From the NCBI GenBank assembly GCA_013265495.1, contig PNXW01003605.1, positions 1 to 34,573 on the forward strand: 34,573 nucleotides of DNA, in the 5' to 3' direction. Made by a program: the position numbers and the translations under genes. The first letter of the stretch is position 1; every line of letters begins with the position of its first letter. The notes under the pieces were generated by a model. It searched no databases and had not been told where the DNA came from. It was given only the letters and a program-made list of their open reading frames with translations. Origin of the DNA: Vicugna vicugna. Its lineage: Eukaryota. Positions 1 through 10,999 of this stretch are shown piece by piece.

Positions 1-59
1 GGGCTCACGGAGCCCTCAAAAGCCTTTGGGTTGGGGTGCTCAGAGCACTAGGGGGCACT
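1..59. repeat. Left arm (inner edge, cut by the window) of the outer inverted repeat flanking the EMD-FLNA block
   Basis: Bases 1-59 are the reverse complement of 34515-34573 with one mismatch (pos 46 vs 34528). Similarity stops inward of position 59 and runs off both window ends. Confidence 0.9.
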
Positions 60-1956
60 TAGTTCCCTTATGGAGATCTGGAACCCTGGGAAGTGGGGCC
101 CAGGCTGAAGGGGAGTCCTGGAGGGGGGCCAGAGCCTTTGGGAGCTATCAGAACTCTGGGAGGGGGTGGCTCAGCCCTGGGGCAGGAGGCTTGAAGCCCC
201 ACAGGAGCCTGCAGTCACCTTCCCTCTGGAGGGTGGTGATCAATGCATGTGGTTGCCCTTGGGGAATAAATGAAGAAAGGTGGAGACTGTCTCCTGGGTG
301 GTAACTCTTTCCTTTCTTTCTTCTCTCAAGACAGCACAATGGTTGCCAAGCATACCTAGCCTCCCCTTTCCCTGCAACAGATGGAGGACTGAAGCCCGCA
401 GAGGGCATTCCATCCAGAGGCCTCGGTCTCTCCCCTTCCTTGTGATGCCTCAAGCTCAGCTCTCCTTCCTCCTGTGCTTTCCCTTCTCTCTGCCTCAGCT
501 ACTCCCGAGTGTCAGCACATAAGCCTTGCCATTTCTCTAGGCTTCACCTGCCTCTGCCCAGACTCCTTGGGGCTCCAGCAGTCCCAGGTAGTGAGTGATT
601 GTTGGGGACCATTCTCACAGGCTCAGTCCCTGCTTGTAACATACTTGATTTGGGATCAGTTGCTGAAACAAGATGTCTCACTGTGCCCCTCTGTAGTCCC
701 CATGCACTGGCAACCTGAGTGCTTGTTCTGCTCCTCCCCCAATGCAGGCTCACTGATCTTACCATCAGGCCCTGTTGTCACCGATGAGGAGGCAGCATCT
801 CTGCCCATGCCCACCACCCACCATGAATCATCCAAGCCTCAGCTCTTGCACTGGGATGACAAGGGGCCTGGGGACTCCACGCCAGTTGGCTGGGTGCTGG
901 GGGGGCCAGGTGGGAGTGGCTTGCAGAGGCTGTGGGAGTGGTGAGAAAATCTGAAGCAACTAAGTTCTTTCATTCTTTTCTGTATATATATGTATCTTTT
1001 CTGTATATTTTAAATGCATAAAAATGTGTTACTTTTAGGAAAACACATACATACCAAAAAAGTGCAGGGACAGACTAGGGTGCAGCAAAAAAATGAGCAG
1101 GAGCGTTGGGTGGGAGGGTTCCAGCCCCCGCCCTGGCTGGAGCTCACCATGTGGCCCTGGACAGCCAAGTGCCTGCGAAGACTCAGGAGCCCACAGTGCA
1201 CGTGCAGGTGAGAGGCCAGCCCCGCCACGTCCTGTCTACCATCTGTAGCCAGGAGCCACCAGAGGTGAGGAACTGGTGTCAGGGCCCCACCCTACGGGGA
1301 AGCCCTGGTGGAGCCAGCCTCTCTGCTTTTCAGCCCCCTGCTGGTGGTGTAGAGCCAGAGTGCACGGCCTCACATGGCGTCCTACCCTGGGTTACCTCAG
1401 CACCTGCCGTTAAAGTTGTACCTAAACTTTGAAAATTAGGAAATACCCGTGGCAGAAAACCAGGAGGTAATTGAGAATAGCCAGGTGAGGGACTGGTTTA
1501 CCCGAAGGTGATGGGGCATTTCCGGGTATTGGGAGCCTTCCCCTGTCATTAAACAATCAGCTTTACCCAATAGAAATGGCCCACCAAGCGGAACCCTTTC
1601 CATCTCCCTGCCCTGGGACACCGAGGTGGGCGTCTGCTTTTCCCAGTTAGGACATCCACAACTGACGTCGTCTGTGCCACCTTGCCTGCATTTCCGGGTG
1701 GGCTGTCTGTGGGCTGTAATTCTTAAGTAGTTACAAGAGCTTTGGTAACAAATCAGGAAATGGACCCTACAAGCAAAACACATATGTGCCCATGGGTAGC
1801 ATGTGATCCCTACCCTTAACCGAAAAGAAAAAGGAAGAACCAACAAAGCCAGATGTCAACTCTGGAGACCCAAGCCCCAGAGGCCCTGAGCAGGGGGCAG
1901 CCCAATCCCTCCCCACATTAAAGGGAAGAGCCCACATGTTAAAAATAAACGGTCTT

Positions 1957-1962
1957 TTTATT
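1957..1962 (-). terminator. EMD: EMD polyadenylation signal AATAAA
   Basis: TTTATT on + strand about 370 nt past the EMD stop, followed on the minus strand by a U-rich tract (GTTTATTTTT). Confidence 0.85.
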
Positions 1963-2334
1963 GTGCGTTCATGAAAACAAAGTCAGGGTGGCCTTTGGTT
2001 AATCCCCCCAATGAGGTGACAACGAATCATGCAATGACAACAACCATGTTCTCTCCAGGAGAAGGATCTTGCCCTCCTAGGCCCTTAAGGGTCAGAGGCA
2101 AGCAGGGCCAGGAGGCTCCAGAGGAAGGCCCGCCCAGGCCCACCATGCTGCAGAGGGTCTGGTCCTGCTGCCTCCCTGGCAGGACAAGGCAGGGGAAGCA
2201 AACATTGCCCCTTTCCCAGGACCCCCAAGCTAGAACACAGAAAAGCCCCAACCCCCCTCCCCCAGCAAACACTGCTAAGGCAGTCAGCCAGGACTTCCAA
2301 GAGCAGCTGGCCCCAAAACCACGAAGCCAGACCC

Positions 2335-4160
2335 TCAGGGGTCCGCCCAGAAGGGGTTGCCATCCTCGGCCTGCATGGAGTAGTAAACAAAGAGCAGGAA
2401 GGCAGCGAAGACCAGGAACAGTAGCATCTGACCCCAGAGTGGGACCTGGCGCTCCTGACCCAGACCAGCCCCAGGGGCCTGCTTTTCGGGCCGGATGGCA
2501 CGGCGCGTGAGCCACGAAGGTGGGGGAGATGAAGATGAGGACACTGGAGAGGTAGAGGAGGAGGTGGGGTAATAGGACAGGCCCAGGGAGCTTCTGGAGA
2601 CGTTGGAAACGGGGCGGTAGTGTGCGATGCTCTGGTAGGCACTGTCCCGACCATACACGGGGCGCTCCCTGAGGCAAAGAGGAAAGTGGATAGGTCAGGA
2701 GGGCCTGAGCCCAGAACCAGCCCCAGTCCCTGGCCCTCCCTACTACTCACCTATCCTTGCCTTCTTCTTCGGAAGAGAAAAGACTGTCATCGCGAACCTA
2801 CAGAAGTGAATCAGGGTAAAAAGATACTGCCTGGTGAGGTCAGCGTGGTCCTGTCACATCCCTTAATCCGAACTTCCCTGCCGAACCTACTCTGAATACT
2901 GCTTAAAAGCCGGGGCCTTGCCACCCTCCAGAAGCCTTCTCAGTTCCCGGCCTTATCTGTGGGGCCTTGCCACTTGCTCAGTGACTGTCCTGACTGCCTG
3001 CACCCTACTTTCTGCCCCAGGATTCTCAGAAAGAGCTCAAACCCAGATCCCAGACCAGAGTGTAGGGCATGTCCCAGGTCCTTTAGTCAGACAGTTGTGA
3101 CAGCCCCGCAAAGAAAGGTCCTGACTAGGCAGGCAACTGCTGAGCCCACCTCTCCCTGGAGGCTTAGGGCCACCCCGCAATGTATCCAAACCCAGCGATG
3201 ACCCCCTCAGGTTGTACCCAAGTATAGGGTGCCCGATGGCCAGCTCACCTGGTGGTGGAAGGTGTCAGCATCTGAGAGTGAAGCGGCGGGCTGGCGGAAG
3301 CCCTTGGATGTGCCTACAGACTCAGGCTCCCCGTAAGTCCTGGTGCTTAAGTAACTCTCCTCGTAGTAGTCATCGTTGTAGCCTTGGGAAGGAGGGGTAG
3401 CGGTAGCAGAAGGGGCAGCGGTGTCCCCCGCCTGGCGCGATGGCCCTAATCTGACGCCCACTTGGGGGCCTGTGACATAATTTCTCCCCTCCAAGGCCAC
3501 TATAGGACCATGGGGGTTGAGGTCTCAGGTTCTTCCTGACACCGGGATCCCTGAAGGAGTGGAACGAGGGTGCCAGGGTGCCCACCCCACCCTGGCCTTA
3601 CCCTTGCTCTGGTAAAGTAAAGCGTCCTCTTTCTTGGGCAGATCGTACATATCCGAGTCCACGGACGCCGCATCTAAGTCTGAATGGGGGAGGGGCCAGG
3701 ACCATTTGCTCCAGGCTCCCCTCCCTCTTCCCCGTGCCCCTCCCAACCAGCGGCCCCACCACACCCGCGAGACTCCTTCCTCCCCGTCGCCCAAAGCCTG
3801 TCCCCGTAGGCGGCCAGGTGGAGCTCTGCGGCGGGGGCCTTACCCGAGAACCGATAGGAGAAAGGGGATGCGGACGAGTTCGGGGGCGAGAGCCTCCGCC
3901 TCTGAGTCTCAAACTCGAAGATTTTCTTTTCGTAGAGCTTGCGCGTGGAACCTGGCCAGACAGGGGGCGCAAAGCCGTCAGGGGCGCGGGCTGAGAGCCC
4001 GGGGCAGAGCGGGGAGGGGGCGCGGGGCGAAATGCGGGGAGGGGGCCCGCCCGCAGCCCGCCGCCCGCCGCCGCGTACCCACGACAGGCCCGTGCGGGAT
4101 GTTGTACTGGCGCAGCACGGCGGCTAGCTCGGCGTCCGACAGGCCCGCGTAGTCGTCCAT
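2335..4160 (-). CDS. EMD: Emerin (LEM-domain inner nuclear membrane protein), 260 aa, 6 coding exons
   Basis: Exons (minus): 4160-4079, 3951-3844, 3679-3602, 3382-3249, 2797-2751, 2668-2335. All introns are GT-AG and the total is 783 nt in one frame. Translation: [42 protein letters not shown] (LEM domain) ... [28 protein letters not shown] ... [26 protein letters not shown] (TM) ... NPFWADP*. Confidence 0.98.
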
Positions 4161-5150
4161 GACGGGCAGCGGGCGGCAGAGGCCTAGGGGGTAGCCCGGG
4201 CCTGGCGACACGAGCCGAGCTACGGCTGCCTCGGAACGCGGCGGGGGCAGCGCCAGCGCCTCGGGAGCGGCTGGGCTCACGTCACCCCTGCGTCACGCTC
4301 GCGTCACAGCCGCGGTCTCTGCGGGCCGCGCGCGCTGCGCGGGGCGGAGACAGGCCCGGAGAACCGCCCGCGCAGACTAGTCGAGCCACGGGAACGGGCC
4401 GGGCGGGGCTGGCCAGCCCAGACGTCACAGACGAACGGGATTGGCTGGAGGCAAAAGACGGGCGTAGAGTGCGTCAGCGGCAAAACGGCGCAGACCAGTC
4501 CGGCCGTGGGAGCGGGCGGGGCTGCGCGCCTGGGAGAAGGGGCGGTGTCAGCGGGCCAAGCGTTGTCACACGCTAGCGCGTTCGGGCTTGACACGAGGAG
4601 GGGCGGGGCCTGCGCTCAAGGGGGACGGGCGTAGACCCGTGGGGACGTGGGAGAGGGGCGGGGCCGGCGAGCCGAGGCGTCACCCGCTGGGACATTCGGG
4701 TGAGAAGTGAGGAAGTGAGGAAGTGAGGAGGGGCGGGGCCCGAGGCAGTGAAACCGGCAGAAACTGGCTAGGACGTGGGAGCGGGGCCGGGCCGCGCACT
4801 AGTCGTGCTCGCCCTCTGTGAGTGACGTAGGCTCCGCTCAGTCCCCCCGCAGCCCTCGCGGTCCCCCTTCCCCCGAGATCCAGCGCTTGGGGGTCCCTGG
4901 CCGCGCCCAAGCCGGTCGCTCGGCAGCAGCATGAAGGGGCCCGATCTTAAGGGCAAGCCCTTGGAGAGCGCGGGTCCGGGCGAGGCGCGGCTGCCAGCGC
5001 TGTGCGCGCGTGCGCCACGCCAGCGGAGCCCGTGGCGCCCGGACCCCAGGCCGCCCCCCAGACCCCTTGCCCCAGCTGGCCTGCCCGCTCTGCACTGCCC
5101 TGGGCTGCGCACCTGCGCCCGCCGGTCCCCACCGCCTGCCTCCCTCCCAA
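3750..5150. promoter_or_regulatory. EMD: EMD CpG island and promoter
   Basis: Dense CpG. Repeated CGTCA/TGACG CRE half-sites (~4279, 4290, 4301, 4421, 4471, 4677, 4823), ATTGG CCAAT box at 4440-4444, several GGGCGG GC boxes, tandem GGAAGTGA ETS-like motifs at ~4703-4727. Boundaries are approximate. Confidence 0.8.
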
Positions 5151-5553
5151 CCCGCTCCACCCAGGAGGAAATGGGGCACTGGGCCAGGAGGCCACAGGCG
5201 ATCCAGGAGCAAGCAGCCCTGAAAGGGGCAGGACGTGCCAATGGGCAGTGGCAGAGGCCGCAGGGTGATGCATGCAGAGACAGCGAGTGTCCGTCTGACC
5301 CACCAGCAGTCCACCTGGGGCAGTAGGGGTTTCCTCTCCTGTCTGAATGGGCCCTGAACCCAGTGTGACCCAGGAGGTGGCCGGGCAGGGGTGGGGGGGT
5401 GTCTTCCAGACCCAGAGGGACCTGCGCAGTGGTTCCCTGAGGAACTGCTTGATGGGCTCTGTGCACCTGGGTCTGGGTGGGCTTCACTGTCACGTGGTGC
5501 AGAGGGGGCCCCTGGGACACAGGGGCCAGGGGACTGAAGGGGGCAAACCACCA
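4807..5553. repeat. Inner inverted repeat, left arm (~747 bp)
   Basis: Reverse complement of 10253-10999 with a constant coordinate sum of 15806, so no indels. Mirror ORFs translate identically in several frames (e.g. 4931-5326+ = 10480-10875-). One mismatch seen at 5544/10262. Confidence 0.97.
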
Positions 5554-6837
5554 AGGCCTGATGAGGAGTCTGGACAGTCACTAGGAGTTGGTGAGGACCT
5601 TGATCAGTGAAGAGCTGTCCCATGAAACTGCGAAGGAGGTGACAATCACATTCTAAACAAAGCTAGATGATGGAGTGTGGGGCCAACTGAAGTGCGCCTC
5701 CCAGACCTGGGAGCCTGGGGAGGGGAGGCCCCGTCCTGTCCTCGTAGATGACAGCTGGTAACAGAAGTGAGGAGGGCTCTGGTCAGATCCGGGCAGGTTG
5801 GCCCAGCTGGTGAGGGTCACTGTGGAGGTTTGTTCATGGGGTGAAGAAGATGTAACCATACAGTTAGTGGTGAGAAAATAGGGCCCTGATTTGACTACAC
5901 AGAGCCTCAGAAAATTTGCCCAAAAGTTGCAGGGTTTTCGAGTAAAGGTGAGGCCTACCATATCTCTGGAAGAGGACAAGGCGTGTGGGCCCCGAGACAT
6001 GCAAGGCAGTACGAAAGTCGGGAGAGCCCTAGGCAGGCAGGGTCTTGCTGCTTATCTTTCAGAGCAGGAAGGGAGATGGTGTCAGGGCTCTGGGCTGCTC
6101 AGAGTCTGCCTCATGGAATTTTAAGTTTTGGCAAGATCCAATTCCCCAGCACCTCTCCAAGCCTTCTTCTGCAATGCTGGCCCCTGTCCCGGAGGCTGTC
6201 CTCCCCCATGCCACCCCTCCCCATACAGATCCAAGCTGTTTCCTTATGAGGTCAAAGAATTCTAAGTTTGCCTTCTCCCCTAGGAACACCCCGTCCCCCG
6301 GCACCTACCTTGCCACTCTGCCTTTTATCCCCTCCTCCTCCAGTCACCCCAGTATGAGGTCCCACCACCAGTGGCACCAGGAGCCTGACTTGTGATGGTC
6401 CCCTGTGCCCAAGCCCACCTGGAGACCAAGTCCAGGTGCACTGCAGGCAGACCCATCCCAGACCACCAGAAAGCAGGAGAGCCCTTGACTGTCAGAGCCC
6501 AGAGGCCCTTGGCACCACCCTTATCACGATCACATAGTCGAGTAATTAGGGGCCCAGAGAGGGAGGAGACTTGCGCAAGGGCCCCGAGTGCAGCGATTCA
6601 TTCATGGATTGTTCCCCCAGTTGGTACCTAGTCCTGGGGTTATGATCTGGACAGTGTGGCCCAGAGAGGGTTCTGTGTCAGCAAATGGGCTATTGGGGGA
6701 AATCTGGGGCCTCAAGTGGAGTCTTCCTGGGAACAGGTGGGTAGAAAATTATAGGGAAAAATAATATCAACAAGAATACATTCCTCAGCATTCAGGTCCA
6801 AGGAGACAATTGTTCATTGAGCTGTTAATGTTTTCTT

Positions 6838-6967
6838 TTTCTTTCTTCCTTTTTTTTGGGGGGGTAATTAGGTTTATTTATTTATTCTAATGCAGGTACT
6901 GGGGATTGAACCCAGGACCTTGTGCATGCTAGGCATGCACTCTACCACCAAGCTATACCCTCCCCTC
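6838..6967 (-). mobile_element. tRNA-derived SINE, camelid Vic-1 type, full length with target-site duplication
   Basis: Minus strand reads GGGGAGGGTATAGCTTGGTGGTAGAG (A box) ... GGTTCAATCCCC (B box) ... AATAAATAAATAAACCTAATTACCCCCCC and an A-rich tail. Flanked by a direct repeat TTGAGCTGTTAATGTTTTCTT at 6817-6837 and 6968-6988. Family name is from recalled consensus similarity. Confidence 0.88.
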
Positions 6968-8179
6968 TTGAGCTGTTAATGTTTTCTTAAAGATCAGAAT
7001 CTTAATCCTTTGGTTCAATACAAAACTTAAGTTTTCTCTTCAAGGATGTTAAAAATCTTATAGGTTTTGCCTGGCAACAGAATGCTGTAAAACGTTGCTC
7101 AGATAGTAACAAAAGTCATAAGATGGTGAATATTGTGAAAATTAATGTGTAGGAGGTGGTCACAATTAATATGTACCAGTGAGTGATTAGCTGACCAAAA
7201 GCCTCTCAAAGAACGCCTTGTGTTCCAAGCCTAGAAGACACCAGTTTACCTTGGGACTATTGGCATGGCTAGTTGGAGATTCAGCTTGCCTTGATTCTAG
7301 TGGTTTTCAGGAACTTTCAACACAAGGAGGAAAGGTCTTTAATTTATTACGATCTTTACTAGAGAACAGCTGGTGCTTACAAACCTGCATTCCCTAGACC
7401 TGGAAGAAGTAGAGACCCAGAGATGCATGTGGGGAGCCTTGGCCAGGAGCTTTCTCCCTCCACCCTTTTTCTTTCTCTCCTTTAATGCAGTGGAATTGAA
7501 TAGGAAATGTCAGAGTCCTTTTCAGGTAGCAAGGGAAAGGCTCATTTTGTGAACCACCTGTTTCAGTAACTTGTGTCACCCTGTGTGTGTGCACACAAGT
7601 ACTGGCTCAGGATGTACAGTGTAGTTCTTATTGGGGTTTGTGGGCAAAAGGTTTAAGACACTGCTTTATGTGGCCTTCCCCAAGAAAGTGATACTTGCAT
7701 TGAATACGAAGCTACCAGGAAATAGGTGCATAGAAGAGGAAGAGGGAGCCTGGCAGTGCCAGGGTGTGGCTGTGCCCACCCAGTTCACAGACCCTTGGCT
7801 CTGTGGCTGCCCCACTACAACTGCCCACTCCTGGACTTAAGGACTGCACCTAACTGTGCTCCTGAGAATTCAGTCCGTCTCTGTTGCCCCCGCCCAGGCT
7901 TGGCACCCAGTAGGGGCCAAATCAGTGGCAGTCAGGATGCTAGCTCATCCCGGGTTTCAGGTCCCTGGTCCATGGCAGATTTTTGGCCGTAGGCGCTCAG
8001 TGAACACCTGCAACGGCCCGTTGCCCACCTCCACCCCAGACGGCAGACTCCGACTTGCCTGGCCAGCCCAGGCTTGAGGCAAGGGAAGGGAGCCATGACT
8101 ATGGGCCACCTGGAGGAGGTGGCCTTTCCTGCAACAGGGGCCCTGCAGACCCTCAGGGCTCTTGAGGAGAGCACCCCCC

Positions 8180-8620
8180 TCGCCAGTCGGTGAGCTCATA
8201 GGGCGGGGGGCGTCGCCAGGCGGCCGGGGCGCTGTAGCTCACGGCGCGCCCCCGCCCCCCCCCGCCCCCGCCCCCGGCTCCTGGGCGATTTTACCAATTA
8301 AGGCTTTCTCGCCGGGCCGGGCCGGGCCGGGCCGGGCGCGGGGCGGGGGTGCGGCCAACAAGAAGGCGGGCGGCGGCGGCCCATTCGCGTGGAGGCGCGC
8401 GGCGCGCAGCGGACGCCAGTGGAGCCCCGAGGCGCCCGGTGCGGGCTCACAGGCAAGCCAGGCGCCACCCCGTGGTCGCCAGCCGTCCGCAGGACAGCAG
8501 GTGAGGCCTCCGCGGCCGGCTCCGAGCGGGATGGTCACGGAGCTGCTCGCAGACCGAGGGCGGGGGTGGCGAAGTCCGGCGGCGAATCCTGAGAACTCAG
8601 GCGCGGGCGCGCACCTAGGC
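8180..8620 (+). promoter_or_regulatory. FLNA: FLNA upstream promoter CpG island
   Basis: CpG-dense, with GC boxes, a (GGGCC)n run at 8313-8337 and a perfect CArG box CCAATTAAGG at 8294-8303 about 80-90 bp before exon 1. Confidence 0.85.
8383..8500 (+). other. FLNA: FLNA non-coding exon 1 (5' UTR)
   Basis: Starts ATTCGCGTGGAGGCGCG, resembling the recalled human FLNA mRNA 5' end. Ends in a strong donor CAG|GTGAGG at 8500/8501 and splices to the acceptor TTTCCGTAG|CGCAACC at 11362/11363. The TSS is approximate. Confidence 0.82.
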
Positions 8621-9389
8621 CGGGGCCAGGTGCAGCTGGGGTGCCTTCCCTTGGGGCCGACTTACCTGGTTTACCTGAAAATCTGTGTGTGCCTGGGAGT
8701 GTGGGAGCCCTAAGTCATGGGGGTCCCTGACAGAGGGGGAGTCTGAGCGTTTGGCAGGACACAGGCTCTCCTGCGCGCCGGTGAGCTGGCCACTGCATGG
8801 CTATCTGGGAAGGAGGGGCCCAGAGAGCAGGACATTGTGTGGGCTGAGGGCGAGTGGCCACGTGGAAGGACAATTCACAGCCAGTATGCTTCCTGGGAGG
8901 GCGACAGTGGGCTCCTCGCTGGCACCAGTCCTCTAGGTACCAACTGCTTTGGGCACAGGGAGTTGGCTGCCAGGCTGCTGTGCTCTGTGGGAGGTCAGGC
9001 AGGGGTGTGGCCCACACAGGAAGCAGGGGCTCCTCCAAGAGGCCAGATTCCCAGGCTGGGTCCTGTCCCAGGTTGGCTCAGAGCTGGATGTTCACTGCCA
9101 GCCAGGATGCAAGCAGCAACATCCCCAGATTCCCATGCCACCTGGGTCCAGGAGAAGTAGGTGAAATCCGATGGGAGAGCCACCAGTGTGTGCTCCAGGG
9201 TGCAAGTCAAGATGGGAACTCAGGACTTAAGTGCCCTCACCTGCCATCTGGACTTGCCTTAGTGGCCCATCCTGCCATTCTTCGACTTTCTTCACCAGCT
9301 GAATCGCCCCTGTGGGAGGGCCTGGCCTGGGGTCTGAGGACTGGGGGTGGGGTGGGAGGCGGAGTGTATCTAACATCCAAGAATCTACT

Positions 9390-9399
9390 CCAAATAAGG
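9390..9399. promoter_or_regulatory. CArG box (SRF site) CCAAATAAGG, FLNA intron 1
   Basis: Perfect CC(A/T)6GG match. Confidence 0.55.
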
Positions 9400-10081
9400 G
9401 AAAATATGAAAGAGCTGGATTTTGGCTTCCAGGGACTGCTGGATCTGGGGGCTTTGGGATGGGGCGCCATCTGGTGGTGATACGACGTCCCCTAGGAACA
9501 AGAACCTTCTACACCCCCATCCTTTATCACCCCCAAATAGGGAAAACCTAGGGCTGGAAGCCAGGATGCAGATTCGGTCCCCTTTTCTGCTGCAGTTGGC
9601 TACTGGTCACTTACTCTGACTCAGTGTCCCTGCTCTCTGAAGATTAAGGAGTGAACACAGATGACCCAATTGGATGGCACTTATAAAAGTGAAAATCAGT
9701 TCTCAGTGGAACTCTCTCCTTGGGAACTTGCTTTCCAGTGGGACAGAGGAAGCAGGACAAGTCTCATCTCCTCTTGAATGGGGCCTGGTAGGGAGAAGTC
9801 CCCCCTCTAAAGGTTTCCCTCCCACCTACACTCCAGATCCCAGACACCGTGGTGTGGAATTTTGTGCAGGTGTGTCTGAAAGTGGTCAGGAGAGGAGAGT
9901 GTACAGGTGAGCCTCAGACTGAAAAATGTCATTTGGAACCCCTACCACCACCATTGGTGAGGAAAAACCAGTGGGGTGACAGGCAGCCCCTAAGTGAGCA
10001 TGCAGGAGGGCAGGGGAGACTCTGGCTGGGACTACAGCCCCACTGTGGGTGATGTAGACACCGCAGGTTGTGCGGCGTCAA

Positions 10082-10091
10082 CCATATTTGG
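10082..10091. promoter_or_regulatory. CArG box CCATATTTGG, FLNA intron 1
   Basis: Perfect CC(A/T)6GG match. Confidence 0.6.
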
Positions 10092-10252
10092 GCATGACAT
10101 GCCAGCTGACCCAGGGCCTCCTCTCCCACCGCTCTTTAGCAGATAATTTAGTTAATACTAGTCTGCAGCTCAATCTAAGAATCAAGCAGGAGGGGCAGAG
10201 ACATGCTCCTCAGACACAGGCCACACTCCTCAGCAGGCCTTGGCAGCCGTCA

Positions 10253-10999
10253 TGGTGGTTTACCCCCTTCAGTCCCCTGGCCCCTGTGTCCCAGGGGCCC
10301 CCTCTGCACCACGTGACAGTGAAGCCCACCCAGACCCAGGTGCACAGAGCCCATCAAGCAGTTCCTCAGGGAACCACTGCGCAGGTCCCTCTGGGTCTGG
10401 AAGACACCCCCCCACCCCTGCCCGGCCACCTCCTGGGTCACACTGGGTTCAGGGCCCATTCAGACAGGAGAGGAAACCCCTACTGCCCCAGGTGGACTGC
10501 TGGTGGGTCAGACGGACACTCGCTGTCTCTGCATGCATCACCCTGCGGCCTCTGCCACTGCCCATTGGCACGTCCTGCCCCTTTCAGGGCTGCTTGCTCC
10601 TGGATCGCCTGTGGCCTCCTGGCCCAGTGCCCCATTTCCTCCTGGGTGGAGCGGGTTGGGAGGGAGGCAGGCGGTGGGGACCGGCGGGCGCAGGTGCGCA
10701 GCCCAGGGCAGTGCAGAGCGGGCAGGCCAGCTGGGGCAAGGGGTCTGGGGGGCGGCCTGGGGTCCGGGCGCCACGGGCTCCGCTGGCGTGGCGCACGCGC
10801 GCACAGCGCTGGCAGCCGCGCCTCGCCCGGACCCGCGCTCTCCAAGGGCTTGCCCTTAAGATCGGGCCCCTTCATGCTGCTGCCGAGCGACCGGCTTGGG
10901 CGCGGCCAGGGACCCCCAAGCGCTGGATCTCGGGGGAAGGGGGACCGCGAGGGCTGCGGGGGGACTGAGCGGAGCCTACGTCACTCACAGAGGGCGAGC
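10253..10999. repeat. Inner inverted repeat, right arm (in FLNA intron 1)
   Basis: Reverse complement of 4807-5553. Ends 364 bp before the FLNA exon 2 acceptor. Confidence 0.97.

Noticed and set aside
230..1060. Possible ancient L2/L1ME fragments downstream of EMD
   Set aside because: Only vague motif resemblance, so family and boundaries cannot be supported by eye.
1944..1949. AATAAA on the + strand next to the EMD poly(A) signal
   Set aside because: Explained as the complement of the U-rich downstream element of EMD; no supported + strand gene ends here.
1971..2750. Long alternative-frame and antisense ORFs over the EMD last exon and 3' UTR
   Set aside because: Shadow ORFs of GC-rich sequence with no protein-like features.
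4161..4280. In-frame GTG-initiated N-terminal extension of emerin
   Set aside because: 40 open codons are expected in a GC-rich 5' UTR, and the ATG at 4160 has good context (GTCATGG) and matches the known N-terminus.
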